DNA of 64,000 bases from a virus (IMGVR_UViG_3300025534_000006:21781-85780), one strand, 5' to 3'; shown: positions 17,293 to 27,337, counted from the stretch's first letter. Notes: generated by a model from the sequence alone, not told the origin. Made by a program: numbers and translations.

Positions 17293-19752
17293 TCAGGTGC
17301 AGGATTCGCAGATTTCGGCGTTTTCCGGCGCCATCGGCTTCGCAGTGACAACCTGCGTGGTCACCTGCTCGATGCGGGAAGCCGCCCGGCTGCGGAAGTA
17401 GTAGGTCGTCTTGATGCCCTGCTCCCATGCGTACATGTACAGCGACGAGAGGACGCCAATCCGCTTGTCGTCTGGGTACTTGTTCAGGTCGATGAACAGG
17501 TTGAGTGACTGGGATTGGTCGATGAAGGCACCGCGTGCGACCGCATGGCCGATGAGCTTCTTCATGCTCATCTCCCACACCGTCTTGTACAGGGCGCGCA
17601 TATCGTCGGGGAGGTTCGGGATGTTGGCGATGGAACCTTCGTCCGTCTTGAGGCGGTTGATGGTATCCGCATCCCAGCGGCCGATCCGCTTGAGGTCCTC
17701 GACGAGGTACTTGTTGATGGCGATGAACTCACCCGACAGCGTCTCGCGCTTGAGCAAGTTTGATTTGATCGGCTCGACGCACTCCTCGACCCCGCAGATA
17801 TGCGAAATCGTGGCGGTCGGCGCGATGGCGATCAGCAGGCTGTTGCGCAGGCCGTGCTCCATGATCTCCTTGCGCAGCGCGTCCCAGCGCGCCGGGTCGG
17901 ATGGCGTCACACCGGCAAGATCGAACTGCAAATCGCCCTTCGCCGCGCGCGTCAGGTGGAAGTCCCGATGCGGCCCGAACTTCTTCGCAAGATCGCAGGA
18001 TGTCTTGAGCGCCTGATAGTAGATTTCCTCCTGAATTTCCGCAGACAGGCGGATCGCCTCGTCGCTCTCAAAGGGGAGGCGAAGCTGGAACAGGAAGTCC
18101 GCGAAGCCCATCAGGCCCAGACCCACCGGACGCCAGCGATTGTTGGAAGCGGCGGCCTCATGGATCGGGTAGTAGTTGCGGTCGATCACGCGGTCGAGAA
18201 ATTTGACGGCCGTCGCTGTATTCTTCCGGAGCTTCTCCTTGTCGAGCTTGCCGTTCTTGATGTAGCCGCGCCCGATGTTGATCGAGCCGAGGTTGCAGAC
18301 GGCCGTCTCCATGCCGGTGATCACCTCGAAGGCATCCTGCGCGACGTTGAATCCTGTGACGCGGATGTTCTTCTCCACGAGATCGGCGGCCGTGGTCGCC
18401 ATCATCTCCTCGCGGGTCATCAGGTGCTTACGGCCGCACGACACCACCTCAAGGATTTCGGTGCAGAGGTTCGACAGCTTGATCGTGCCGCCCTCGCCGA
18501 CCTGATTGCCGCGACGGTTGCAGGTGTCGGCGAAGCACATCCAGCCATTGCCGGTCTCCGCCAGAGTCCGCATCATGCGCGCGTAAATCTTGCGGGCGGG
18601 AAGCTGCTCGACGAACTTGCCTTCGGCCTCAAGCTGCGTGTAACGCGCAACGAAGGCGTCACCGTAGAGGTCGGGCAGGTCGGGAGCGACGGTGGGATCG
18701 ATCAGCGACCACATGGCGTCCGCCTTCACCCGCTCCATGAACAGGTCGGGCACCCAGTTCGCCAAGTTGAGGTTGTAGGCGCGCCGCTCTTTCTCGCCCG
18801 CATTGTCGCGAAGCTCAAGGAACTCCATGATGTCCGGATGCCACGTCGGCAGATACACGCAGGCCGCGCCCTTGCGCTTGCCGCCCTGATTCACGGCAGC
18901 CACGGAACCCGACATGGTGTGCAGCCACGGCACGATGCCATTGCTCTTGCCGTTGGTACCACGGATCAGGGCGCCCTTTCCACGAATGCGCGCCGCCGAT
19001 ACACCGATGCCGCCCGCATACTTCGACAGGGCCGCCATATCGCCATACCGCTTGTAGATGTCGTCGAGGCTGTCGATGGGGGAATCGAGGAGGTAGCAGG
19101 ACGACATTTGCGAGTGTCGCGTGCCCGAATTGAACAGCGTCGGCGTCGAGGTCATGTATTCCAGCGAGGAGAGCAGCGTGTAGAGTTCGATGGCCTCCGC
19201 CGCCGTGTCTGCCAGACCGCAGGCGACACGCATGAAGAAGTACTGTGGCGTCTCGATGACGGCGCGCTGCTGGCCGGAGACCGTCACGGTCGGATGCTTG
19301 AGCAGGTAGCGGTCATAGACCGTCTGGATGCCGTGGTACTCGAACAGCCAGTCACGCTCATGGCGGATCGCCGCGTCGAGCTTGCGACGGTTCTTCATGA
19401 CGAGGGCATGGGTCTGCGCGCTGATGAGGCCCTGATCGAACCCGGTCTGGATGCACTGAGAGAAGGACTGAATGTCCAGCCCGCGAACCTCCTTCTGGAT
19501 CACCTCGGCGAGGATGCGCGCCGCAACCTTGCTGTAGACCGGGTCCTCGATGATCAGGCCCGCCGCCGTCCGGATGGACAGCAGGTCAAGCTCGCGCGTG
19601 CTGACACCGTCCACCAGACCGCCGACGGTCTTGCTGGCGATGCGATACGGATCGACGTTGGGGAGATCGGCGCAAACGCGCGTGATGGAGTTTACGATCT
19701 TGTTCAGATCGACCGGCTCAAGCGCGCCGGATCGCTTACGAACCTGCATCAA
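17293..19752 (-). CDS. nrdA: Ribonucleotide reductase class Ia alpha subunit with ATP cone
   Basis: TPTLFN, SSCYL, SNLCTEI, CNLGS, APTAT, DQSQS, C-terminal CESC. Confidence 0.97.
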   Translation of the reverse strand: MMQVRKRSGALEPVDLNKIVNSITRVCADLPNVDPYRIASKTVGGLVDGVSTRELDLLSIRTAAGLIIEDPVYSKVAARILAEVIQKEVRGLDIQSFSQCIQTGFDQGLISAQTHALVMKNRRKLDAAIRHERDWLFEYHGIQTVYDRYLLKHPTVTVSGQQRAVIETPQYFFMRVACGLADTAAEAIELYTLLSSLEYMTSTPTLFNSGTRHSQMSSCYLLDSPIDSLDDIYKRYGDMAALSKYAGGIGVSAARIRGKGALIRGTNGKSNGIVPWLHTMSGSVAAVNQGGKRKGAACVYLPTWHPDIMEFLELRDNAGEKERRAYNLNLANWVPDLFMERVKADAMWSLIDPTVAPDLPDLYGDAFVARYTQLEAEGKFVEQLPARKIYARMMRTLAETGNGWMCFADTCNRRGNQVGEGGTIKLSNLCTEILEVVSCGRKHLMTREEMMATTAADLVEKNIRVTGFNVAQDAFEVITGMETAVCNLGSINIGRGYIKNGKLDKEKLRKNTATAVKFLDRVIDRNYYPIHEAAASNNRWRPVGLGLMGFADFLFQLRLPFESDEAIRLSAEIQEEIYYQALKTSCDLAKKFGPHRDFHLTRAAKGDLQFDLAGVTPSDPARWDALRKEIMEHGLRNSLLIAIAPTATISHICGVEECVEPIKSNLLKRETLSGEFIAINKYLVEDLKRIGRWDADTINRLKTDEGSIANIPNLPDDMRALYKTVWEMSMKKLIGHAVARGAFIDQSQSLNLFIDLNKYPDDKRIGVLSSLYMYAWEQGIKTTYYFRSRAASRIEQVTTQVVTAKPMAPENAEICESCT

Positions 19753-19831
19753 ATGCCCTCTGAAATGGCTTCAAGTTTTGGAAACAGATTTATGAAGATT
19801 GGTCAGGCCACAGGACGCATCGTCAGATGCG

Positions 19832-20026
19832 CTATGCAATAACTGCATCCCATGTGAACGGGCAAAGAACCAACCCAATAGGCTCCCCGGTCTGATCGGG
19901 GTAATCGCGCCGCATTGCCTCGACGATCTCCGCCGGGGGCGCGGTGCGGGCCACCCCGTCCGCGTACAATGCTTCCCACATTTTGCGATAGCGATTGGCA
20001 GCCGGGATAGTGTGGTAATTGGTCAT
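19832..20026 (-). CDS. Small hypothetical protein
   Basis: 64-aa ORF filling an intergenic gap. Confidence 0.35.
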   Translation of the reverse strand: MTNYHTIPAANRYRKMWEALYADGVARTAPPAEIVEAMRRDYPDQTGEPIGLVLCPFTWDAVIA

Positions 20027-20066
20027 AATGACTCAAATATCCGTTCTGTTACAAATTCGCGGCGGA

Positions 20067-20519
20067 TCAGTCGCCGATGCCGGTGTATCCACGGCCCGAC
20101 CACTGCCATTCGCGGAGCACGACATTCGCGGTCGGGGGATAGGGTACGACTACGCCGTAATGGTAGTTCAATGCCCACACCGTGTCAATGCGGAGAACCA
20201 GACCGGATTCCTGCGCCGCCCGGTCGATGAACACCCGAAGCGTCATCCGTTTCGGGTCCCAGCCGGACAGACGGAGGGTCTCGGCCATCCCGATGGCGAC
20301 CGACTGGCGGCACCACTGCCCGGCATGGATCATCTCCCAGATCGTCGGCCACGTGTCCGGCGCCTCGGAATCGTAGGCGAGCTTTACCAGCGGAGCCTTG
20401 GCCCAATACGCGGCCACCGCGTCCAGTTGCTCGGCCTCCGTCATGTCCGGCAGGGCGCGGCGGAACGCCTTCCAGTCGTTCAGCCTCTCGGCTGGCGACA
20501 GGAGAAAGGGATTGATCAT
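20067..20519 (-). CDS. Conserved phage hypothetical protein (PTIWEMI motif)
   Basis: In series with the upstream structural gene. Confidence 0.7.
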   Translation of the reverse strand: MINPFLLSPAERLNDWKAFRRALPDMTEAEQLDAVAAYWAKAPLVKLAYDSEAPDTWPTIWEMIHAGQWCRQSVAIGMAETLRLSGWDPKRMTLRVFIDRAAQESGLVLRIDTVWALNYHYGVVVPYPPTANVVLREWQWSGRGYTGIGD

Positions 20520-20542
20520 GGCATGGCTCCCGCGATGAGCCG

Positions 20543-21661
20543 TCAGGCGGTCACGGTGGTCTGCAACTCGGTGCGGGCGACGGTCACGGAGACCGGCCCA
20601 ATGGTGGCGGTCGCTCGCAGCGTGACGGTTCCGCTGACGGCGCTGACCGAGAAGGTCGCGAGTTCGTTGCCGCCGGTCGTGAGGAAACCGTACTCGGTCA
20701 GGTGCGCATTGGTCCCGTCGGTCACGAGCAGCAATTCGCTGACCTGCGTCCCGTGCTGCCCACCATAGACGGTGATAACGTACTTGGCGGACGCACTGAT
20801 CAGGTTATTGTCGCCAAAGGAGTCGATCACCGTGTCGGCGCCGCTGACAAACAGCGTGTTGGTGACAGCCCCGTTGTCGGTGTCGTTCTCGGGTGCCCGC
20901 GCGGGCGCACGAGCGTAGTTCAGAGGCGTGTAGGCGACATTGTTCGGGCTGGCACGCTCGACGCGGAAGCACATGATGGGATTGATCGGCAGCAGGTTGC
21001 GATACTGGATGACGACGGTCTGGGCACCGCCATCGGCCACGACACGGGCACGGAAGGCAATGTCGCCATATGCCGATGTCGCGTCGGTGGGATCATCCGC
21101 ATTGCCGAGGTCCACGCGCCGCAGCATCGTGGCCTCGTCGGTCAGCAGCGGGGTGCTCGCCCCGCCGGGATGCAGCACGGTAAGGCGGCCGGTGCGGATC
21201 GGCGTATTGCCATCGAACAGGAAATACGTGACCTGTGCGCTGGTCAGCACGCCGACCAGCGCGATCTTGAAGGGCACCTCGCCGACGCCGTTCTCCTCGG
21301 CCAAGGTCAACGTGCGCCAGTCGGTGTCGTCATGGGGGTCGGTGTTGATGAGCGCATTCGTGGTCATGAAGGCCGTTTCCACGATGCGGTTGTAGCCGTC
21401 GAATGCCCGGCGCAGCAGCAGCGTCGAATTCTCGGTCAGGACCTCGATGTTCTGGTAGGGAAAGGTCGCGCGCTTGAAATTGGCGTCACCTTCCTGTGGA
21501 TCATGGCCGATGAACACCCGGCCGGTATCGGTCGTGAAGGCGATTTCGCCGATGTCGAGGCCGGGCGAGAACTCAAGCGGGCTGGTCGAGGTGGGCGCGC
21601 CGGGCAGATCGCGCTCTGGTCCGCGTCGAAGCTGAATCTTGCTGATGTGAATCTGCGCCAT
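20543..21661 (-). CDS. Virion structural protein
   Basis: ISKIQLRRG...LDIGEIAFTTDTGRVFIG N-terminus; TAAATA at 21693-21698. Confidence 0.75.
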   Translation of the reverse strand: MAQIHISKIQLRRGPERDLPGAPTSTSPLEFSPGLDIGEIAFTTDTGRVFIGHDPQEGDANFKRATFPYQNIEVLTENSTLLLRRAFDGYNRIVETAFMTTNALINTDPHDDTDWRTLTLAEENGVGEVPFKIALVGVLTSAQVTYFLFDGNTPIRTGRLTVLHPGGASTPLLTDEATMLRRVDLGNADDPTDATSAYGDIAFRARVVADGGAQTVVIQYRNLLPINPIMCFRVERASPNNVAYTPLNYARAPARAPENDTDNGAVTNTLFVSGADTVIDSFGDNNLISASAKYVITVYGGQHGTQVSELLLVTDGTNAHLTEYGFLTTGGNELATFSVSAVSGTVTLRATATIGPVSVTVARTELQTTVTA

Positions 21662-21695
21662 GACCGGCTTACCACTCTCTTGGATTGCTGCGTAT

Positions 21696-22379
21696 TTATG
21701 CCGCCATTTTCTGGTGGAAGCTGACGACGCGGTCATGCCACTGCCCGCAGTAGTCGTCGAACTCGACGCCTTCGATCACGTACTGCACGAACTCGCAGTC
21801 GCGGGACACCATGAAGATGACACCGGTCTGGATGTTGGTATCGAACAGCAGGTTGTGCGCCAGCGCGTAGGCCGCGAGTTGGCAGAAGTAATTCGGGATG
21901 TCCGCCTTCTTCTTGATCTTCTTCGCCGTCTTGAAATCCATGATCGCGGGCTTGCCCTTATAGACGCCCACCAAGTCGGTGGTGCCCGCATAGAGTTCGG
22001 GGAAATGCAGTGCCACCTCGACACCCCAGACCTCGTCCACATCGCACAGGCCGCGTGCGATGATGGTATCCGCCATGCGCTGCGCCATCTGGCGGACGAG
22101 ATTGTTGCCCCTCGGCCGGTCGATGCCCATGATGTGCTTTTCGAGATGTTCATGCATCAGCGAGCCGAGCCCGGTGGCCTCGTCGCGCGCATCCTGCGCC
22201 TTTTTCGCGCCTACGCGGGCCTCCCATTCAAGGAGCTTGGTCTTGTCCTCCGTGGCGGAGAGGATGGTGGTGACGGAGGTGAGATGGGCGCCTGTATCGG
22301 GGCAGACGTAATAGCGGGTGCCATCGTCGAGCGTCACTCGCTCGATCTCGCGGTATGGGTACAGTCTTTTCAACAGCAT
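21696..22379 (-). CDS. PD-(D/E)xK Cas4-like exonuclease
   Basis: SVTTIL, G..MH, E, GTTD, DFKT, QLAAY. Confidence 0.85.
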   Translation of the reverse strand: MLLKRLYPYREIERVTLDDGTRYYVCPDTGAHLTSVTTILSATEDKTKLLEWEARVGAKKAQDARDEATGLGSLMHEHLEKHIMGIDRPRGNNLVRQMAQRMADTIIARGLCDVDEVWGVEVALHFPELYAGTTDLVGVYKGKPAIMDFKTAKKIKKKADIPNYFCQLAAYALAHNLLFDTNIQTGVIFMVSRDCEFVQYVIEGVEFDDYCGQWHDRVVSFHQKMAA

Positions 22380-22518
22380 TCTGAAATCCGGTAGGGCTGA
22401 AATCGGCCTATCCTAACCACGTTGGAGCCGTCAGGCCAAGCCTGTTCGCGCAAACCGAAGAAATCCGGCTGACCACGATTATTTTCTGGTGGCTGGCTGA
22501 ACCCGGCCTTTCATGCGT

Positions 22519-23301
22519 TCAGGATCGAAGGGCCTTGATCAGCCAGTCGTAGAAATCCTTGACCGTGTTGATGCCGTCCCGGCCCTTGATGATGATGGAG
22601 GCCGGGTCGAACACGAAATAGGTGTGGCCGTCCATGGTTCCGGCGGCTCGCCGGGTGGCGGTATCCTCTTTGAAGCGCACGCCCGTGTAGCCGCGCGCCT
22701 TGAGAGCATCGACGAATTCCGGGCGGTCCAGCAGCCACCACCAGCGATGGATGGGAATGCGAGTGTATTTCTGGCCGTCACGGGCAAGCAGGTCGAGACC
22801 GAGGCGGACGATATCACGCGGTGGGCTGGCGGCGTCGAGGATATGAGTGGCGTCCACGTAACAGGTCAGGAGTCGGTAGTTGGCGCTGCCATCTGCACGG
22901 TTCGCGCCGAAGTAGTGCGCCAACGGCTTCGAATCGGTGAGAAAGATGCCCTGATTGTCCACGCTGTAGGTCGCGCCCAAGAAGCCGAGGCTGCGCTGTC
23001 CCTTGGTCAGTCGGAAGCCGTCCTTCTGGATGAGGTCGGCGACCTCGTGCGGGGTTCCGTGGTAGAGTTCGATGTAGCCGGGGCCGGGCCGGTGGGAGGC
23101 CGCGATAACGGCCTGCATCACGTCGTTCAGGTCTTTGACCTGATCACGCGGGACCTTCTTGATGGACGCCATGAAGGCGTCGAAAGAGGAGAGGTCCATG
23201 CCCCGCGTCAGGGCGTGAAGATCGGCACCGGGCGGTACCGGGATGGTCGAGCCAGACAACGCCCGCTCGACCAACGCGATGTAATACGCAAGGTGCCGCA
23301 T
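22519..23301 (-). CDS. ADP-ribosyltransferase-fold protein with leader
   Basis: Start MRHLAYYIALVE; LYHGT, GIFLTD, YF, GYTGV, YFVFDP. Confidence 0.7.
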   Translation of the reverse strand: MRHLAYYIALVERALSGSTIPVPPGADLHALTRGMDLSSFDAFMASIKKVPRDQVKDLNDVMQAVIAASHRPGPGYIELYHGTPHEVADLIQKDGFRLTKGQRSLGFLGATYSVDNQGIFLTDSKPLAHYFGANRADGSANYRLLTCYVDATHILDAASPPRDIVRLGLDLLARDGQKYTRIPIHRWWWLLDRPEFVDALKARGYTGVRFKEDTATRRAAGTMDGHTYFVFDPASIIIKGRDGINTVKDFYDWLIKALRS

Positions 23302-23302
23302 A

Positions 23303-23896
23303 TCAGGCCGGGCGCTGAGTTCCGGGCGCGAAATCGAGGCGCAGGATGTTAATGGGCGACCCGGCCACGTGTGTGATCTCGCGCTCCTCCTCCCACCAGA
23401 ACATAGCACGGGCGAGAGAGGTGGTCCAATCCACATTCTCATTACGAACCTGAGCGTAGAGAATGTGGCCGCCGCGATGGGCGGTGTGTGGGTTGGGCTC
23501 GGCGCCATAGGACCAATGCACCCCGAGTGGTCTCGCTAGGTCGGCCGTTTTCGTGAGCCGCCGGGTGATCGGAATCACGTCTAATTTGGACGCCTCTGCA
23601 AGTGCGCGCCGGGCATAGGTGATCAGTGGCCCAAGATACTCCGCGACCATGGCAACCTGATGGTCCGTAAGCTCCTCGAAGGTCTGGGGCAGTTGCGGAT
23701 CAAGCGGCTCGCCATGTTCGTCCTCGCCCCAGTCGATTTGGTCCCAATGGCCTTCCAGCACGTCGCGTAGGTCATCGACCTCCACATAGGCGCGCACCAC
23801 GTCCTCGACAGTGACTAGGTCGAGAGATTTGTGTGCCATTGTGCGGCGGGTGACCGCTTCGACTAGATCAATCAGACTCCGGAGGTCGTGCGTCAC
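23303..23896 (-). CDS. Leader-tagged protein, probable ART-like fold
   Basis: MTHDLRSLIDLVEA; ITR...LGVHWS...EEEREI. Confidence 0.55.
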   Translation of the reverse strand: MTHDLRSLIDLVEAVTRRTMAHKSLDLVTVEDVVRAYVEVDDLRDVLEGHWDQIDWGEDEHGEPLDPQLPQTFEELTDHQVAMVAEYLGPLITYARRALAEASKLDVIPITRRLTKTADLARPLGVHWSYGAEPNPHTAHRGGHILYAQVRNENVDWTTSLARAMFWWEEEREITHVAGSPINILRLDFAPGTQRPA

Positions 23897-24258
23897 GGTT
23901 TGTCCTGAATTTCTTTCTTGGCCTGCTTGCGGGCCTTGTCCTTAATCCGCTCGATCTCGGTTTCGGCCTGCTTGTCGCTGGTCTCCCGCTCCACTCCCTT
24001 GCCCTCGGTCGGGGTCAGGTAGATGCGGTCGCCCTCGATCTTCGAGACGGCCTTGATCCGAGACGGATCGAGCAGGTCGAGCACCAGCGCCCGGTCAACC
24101 ACGATGCCGGGGCGGGTATGGCGAAGCTCGTCCACCATCTGCTGCACCGTCACGAAGGGCAGCTTGTGGGCGATCATCGGCGTGAGGATGTCGAGGGCAG
24201 CCTGTAGCAGGCTGCCCTTTACATCCAGACCGTCTTGAAAGAGTTCCCAAAGGAGCAT
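23893..24258 (-). CDS. Hypothetical protein in late head-assembly operon
   Basis: 4-nt overlap with the next gene; in operon downstream of TAAATA 25813. Confidence 0.65.
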   Translation of the reverse strand: MLLWELFQDGLDVKGSLLQAALDILTPMIAHKLPFVTVQQMVDELRHTRPGIVVDRALVLDLLDPSRIKAVSKIEGDRIYLTPTEGKGVERETSDKQAETEIERIKDKARKQAKKEIQDKP

Positions 24259-24283
24259 GGCCGGGGAGGGGGCTCGCGCCCCC

Positions 24284-25486
24284 TTACTCCTTCGCCTCGG
24301 GGGCCTTGCCCCATACCATCGAGGCCACGAGCTTCTTCGAGGCGATCACCCCGTCGATCTTCTTCTTGGTCTCTTTGGCTCCTTTGACGTTCCCAGCCTT
24401 GCGCTGCGCCTGATAGTCCTTCACCCAGCCTGCAAGGCCGTTCTCCAACTCCGCCTTGGTCCGAGCCTCGGCATCGTTGCTTTCGGCCACGGGCTGCGGC
24501 GCCTTCTGGGGCGTCCCACGACCGACCGGACCCTTGGGGGCCGGAGCCTGCTCCGGCGCCGCCTGCACACCCTTCTGACCTTGCTGGGAGGGCTGTCCGG
24601 CGGGCTTCGGGGGAGCCGGAGGGGTGGCGGGCTTCGCACCGGCCTGCGGCTGCTTCCGGCCCTGCGGTGCAGCCTTCTGCGCCTGCTGGGTAGCCCGCTC
24701 GGCCTCCGCACGGGCACGCATATCGGCCGGGCTGAGCGGCTTCTGAGGCTGAGCCTCCGTTACCTTCTTGCGGCACGCCTTTTTCGCCTCGCGCACGATG
24801 CTCACCACATCGGCGGCGTCGATGGCATAGGCGGTGGCGGTATGGCGGAGCGCCTTGGCAGCATCGCGGGTCTCGGCCAGCGCCTTACGGAACGTACCCA
24901 GCACCAGCGCGTCCGGGTTCTTGGACTCGCGCAGCGCCTTGATGTTGCGCTCGATCAGGCGCTTGCCACGGGGCAGGGCGCTCTCCTTCCGTGCGCGACC
25001 GGCCGCGTTCTGCGCCGCGCCCAGTACGTCATCCTCGGCGTTGCCAGCCATATCCGGCTCGGGCAGTTCGACATCGCCATCACCGGGCGGCGCCGGAAGC
25101 TCGTTGCCCTCCGCATCCGCATCGGCCTCTGGCGCGGGAGGCTCGGCGTCCATCGCATCGCCGTCCATCGCCATGTCGGAGGTGGCGCCGCCATTCACGG
25201 CCCGCTCAAGGCGCGCGATCTCGTTGCCAATGGCATCCTTGGCACCCTGAATGGCCTGCACGAGTTCGTCGATTTTCGTGGAGGTGACCTGCGAGAAGCT
25301 GTTGGCGGCGGAGGGGCCGAATGCGTCCTTGAGGTGGTCCTGCATCGGCATGATGTCGTCGGCCTTCACCTTGGCGAGGTCCTCGGCCATATCCTGAAGT
25401 TTGTCGGCAATCGCCTTGGCATTCAGTACGAGTTCGGACCGCTCAAGCGTGGACTCGATCAGTCGAGCCATGCGATTTTTGGTCAT
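24284..25486 (-). CDS. Prohead core/scaffold-like protein
   Basis: Coiled coil plus acidic/Pro-rich segments; many x-x-E|S/A sites (LIES, LRES, VREA, VTEA, VAES). Confidence 0.55.
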   Translation of the reverse strand: MTKNRMARLIESTLERSELVLNAKAIADKLQDMAEDLAKVKADDIMPMQDHLKDAFGPSAANSFSQVTSTKIDELVQAIQGAKDAIGNEIARLERAVNGGATSDMAMDGDAMDAEPPAPEADADAEGNELPAPPGDGDVELPEPDMAGNAEDDVLGAAQNAAGRARKESALPRGKRLIERNIKALRESKNPDALVLGTFRKALAETRDAAKALRHTATAYAIDAADVVSIVREAKKACRKKVTEAQPQKPLSPADMRARAEAERATQQAQKAAPQGRKQPQAGAKPATPPAPPKPAGQPSQQGQKGVQAAPEQAPAPKGPVGRGTPQKAPQPVAESNDAEARTKAELENGLAGWVKDYQAQRKAGNVKGAKETKKKIDGVIASKKLVASMVWGKAPEAKE

Positions 25487-25782
25487 CGGGAAATGTCCTT
25501 GTTCTTCTTCTTTCTCTTGCGCGGGCGGGGGTCAATCTCGCGGAGGATCATCAGTCGGGCCGCCTCGCTGAGCAGGACCGCCTTGGCATATTCCTCGCGG
25601 GCCAGCGCCCCTGCTTCACCGTACTCACGCAGCAGCGCCTCGCGCTTGTCGCGGTAATGCTCGAAAACGGTTTGCAGATGAGCGCGGTTACCCGGCTCTA
25701 GGCGCAGGCCGAAACGCCGCTCAATCAGGTCGAGCAGCGTGTCGATTCTGGTGAACACATTCGCCGATAGGCGACCAGTCAT
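25483..25782 (-). CDS. Late hypothetical protein
   Basis: TAAATA at 25813-25818. Confidence 0.65.
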   Translation of the reverse strand: MTGRLSANVFTRIDTLLDLIERRFGLRLEPGNRAHLQTVFEHYRDKREALLREYGEAGALAREEYAKAVLLSEAARLMILREIDPRPRKRKKKNKDISR

Positions 25783-25853
25783 GCCCTTGCCCCAAATAGG
25801 AAGTTCGAGAGCTATTTATGCTGGGCGTTTGACTGGTCGCTCGGACGGTGAGG

Positions 25854-26069
25854 TCAGTCCCCGGTCGGCTCTTGCAACAGGTGATGGAAGCGCACATCCG
25901 CCTCGGAAATCCGCACCCACGCCTTCCCGCCGTCACGCGGATAAAGGCAGCCAAACACCTGCCTGCATCCGGGGCACTGATAGACCGCCCCGTATCGGAG
26001 GTCCTCGGCCCGGCATTCGCTCTCGGTCCCGCAGGTACAGGTCCAGAGGTGGGTGATGGTGGTCATCAC
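25854..26069 (-). CDS. Small Zn-ribbon protein
   Basis: CTCG...CPGC. Confidence 0.5.
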   Translation of the reverse strand: MMTTITHLWTCTCGTESECRAEDLRYGAVYQCPGCRQVFGCLYPRDGGKAWVRISEADVRFHHLLQEPTGD

Positions 26070-26092
26070 CTTGCTCCGTGGGCGGCAGGGGA

Positions 26093-26740
26093 TCAGTAGG
26101 AGCGGGACCCGGCGAGCTTGAAAACCCGGTTGCGGGCGGCGATGGCCTTCCGCTGCGCGGCGCCGTAGCGGTCCTCATAGATCGGAAAGCGCGGGCTGTC
26201 GGGATTCCGCGTCATCAGGCGCTTGAAATGGATCGCGTCGCCAAGGGCGGAGGCATAATCCTGCTCGGCGGCCAGCAGGTCCAATGCAGCCTTCGAATTG
26301 ACCTGTCCGCCCTCATTGAGGATGCGGGCGAGGCCATGCGCGGCCTCGTAGAGCGTGAGGTCGGCGGCGATACGCTCGCTTTCACCGACGCGGCCGACAT
26401 CATAGAGCTTGCGGTTGCCCTCGCCCCGGACGCGGATTTCCCACGGACCGATCCGGGCGCCCTGCTCGGTTTCCTCGGTGACCAACGCCTCGCGCAGTTC
26501 ACGGTCGTAGCTTGCCCGGCTGGCGAGCGCCATAGCCGTGCCATCGGTGGCCGCCGTGAACCGCTCAAGGATGGCCTTCATGGCCGCAACTTCCGGCTTG
26601 GCCGAGAGGTCTGCCTCCCCGGACGGGATGGCGGGGGCGGCAACGGGATCGTCTGACGCCTCGGAGGCTTCCGGCATGGGGCAGCCCTCAAGGATTGCCT
26701 TGAGACGGGCCATCTCATTGACTTCACGAGGGTCAATCAT
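26093..26740 (-). CDS. Late hypothetical (head-assembly cluster)
   Basis: Start overlaps upstream stop; ILEG and LNEG sites. Confidence 0.65.
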   Translation of the reverse strand: MIDPREVNEMARLKAILEGCPMPEASEASDDPVAAPAIPSGEADLSAKPEVAAMKAILERFTAATDGTAMALASRASYDRELREALVTEETEQGARIGPWEIRVRGEGNRKLYDVGRVGESERIAADLTLYEAAHGLARILNEGGQVNSKAALDLLAAEQDYASALGDAIHFKRLMTRNPDSPRFPIYEDRYGAAQRKAIAARNRVFKLAGSRSY

Positions 26741-26967
26741 CGCTCTCTCCAAATGTCTTTCACCGAGTTAACGCGATAAAATATCCGGCCCTCCTGATCG
26801 CGCCTGCGGTGCAGGAGCCCACGCGACACCATGTGGCGGGCAACCTCGCGCTCCCGCTCATCCAGTGATGCCTGTGCGACGCCGTCACCTTCGGCGCGGG
26901 ACAGCAGGTCCCGTTCCTCGGAGCTTACAGGCAAACGCAGTCCGGATGCAATCTCGTGATACCGCAT
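26737..26967 (-). CDS. Small winged-helix-like hypothetical protein
   Basis: MRYHEI...LDEREREVARHMVSRGLL. Confidence 0.6.
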   Translation of the reverse strand: MRYHEIASGLRLPVSSEERDLLSRAEGDGVAQASLDEREREVARHMVSRGLLHRRRDQEGRIFYRVNSVKDIWRER

Positions 26968-26975
26968 TGCGGTGG

Positions 26976-27332
26976 TTATTCCTTATCCGAGCCGTCCGGC
27001 CGCTTGGAGGCATCCGGGGCCTTGTGCCCGTCCACGTCCCGCGAAAAATCCGGCCGGAACAGGGCTCTGTGGTCATGATGGCGGGGTAGGGAGCGCCCCC
27101 GGTGGAAACGGTAGATCGAGCGGTTGCGGATGGGGGTCACCTGTCGCCGGGCGCGCCGCCGGACCTCCTCGTCGTCCTCGAACAGATGGATGCCGTCCTC
27201 GCGTTCGACTGCCTTGCCCTCGGCCAGAGCCGAGAACACGGTCCGTTCGGCAATCGGTCGGGTGGTCAGGAGGAGGTTCTGAACCCAGTTGATGGCCTCG
27301 CGGCGATTGCCCCCAATCCAGCGCCCGGACAT
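26976..27332 (-). CDS. Hypothetical protein
   Basis: In series on minus strand. Confidence 0.55.
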   Translation of the reverse strand: MSGRWIGGNRREAINWVQNLLLTTRPIAERTVFSALAEGKAVEREDGIHLFEDDEEVRRRARRQVTPIRNRSIYRFHRGRSLPRHHDHRALFRPDFSRDVDGHKAPDASKRPDGSDKE

Positions 27333-27337
27333 GGGGA

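Noticed and set aside
18310-18450. Intein or intron in nrdA (extra segment before AVCNLGS)
   Set aside because: The segment is only a few dozen residues, in frame, and has no His-Asn/Cys splice ends.
17800-19842. Long antisense ORFs (also 9857..11116, 31609..33180, 42487..43878, 47227..49080)
   Set aside because: They shadow well-supported genes on the opposite strand, as expected in high-GC DNA, and show no family motifs.
21696-22379. CRISPR adaptation module from the Cas4-like gene
   Set aside because: No array or other cas genes were seen; stand-alone Cas4-like exonucleases are common in phages.
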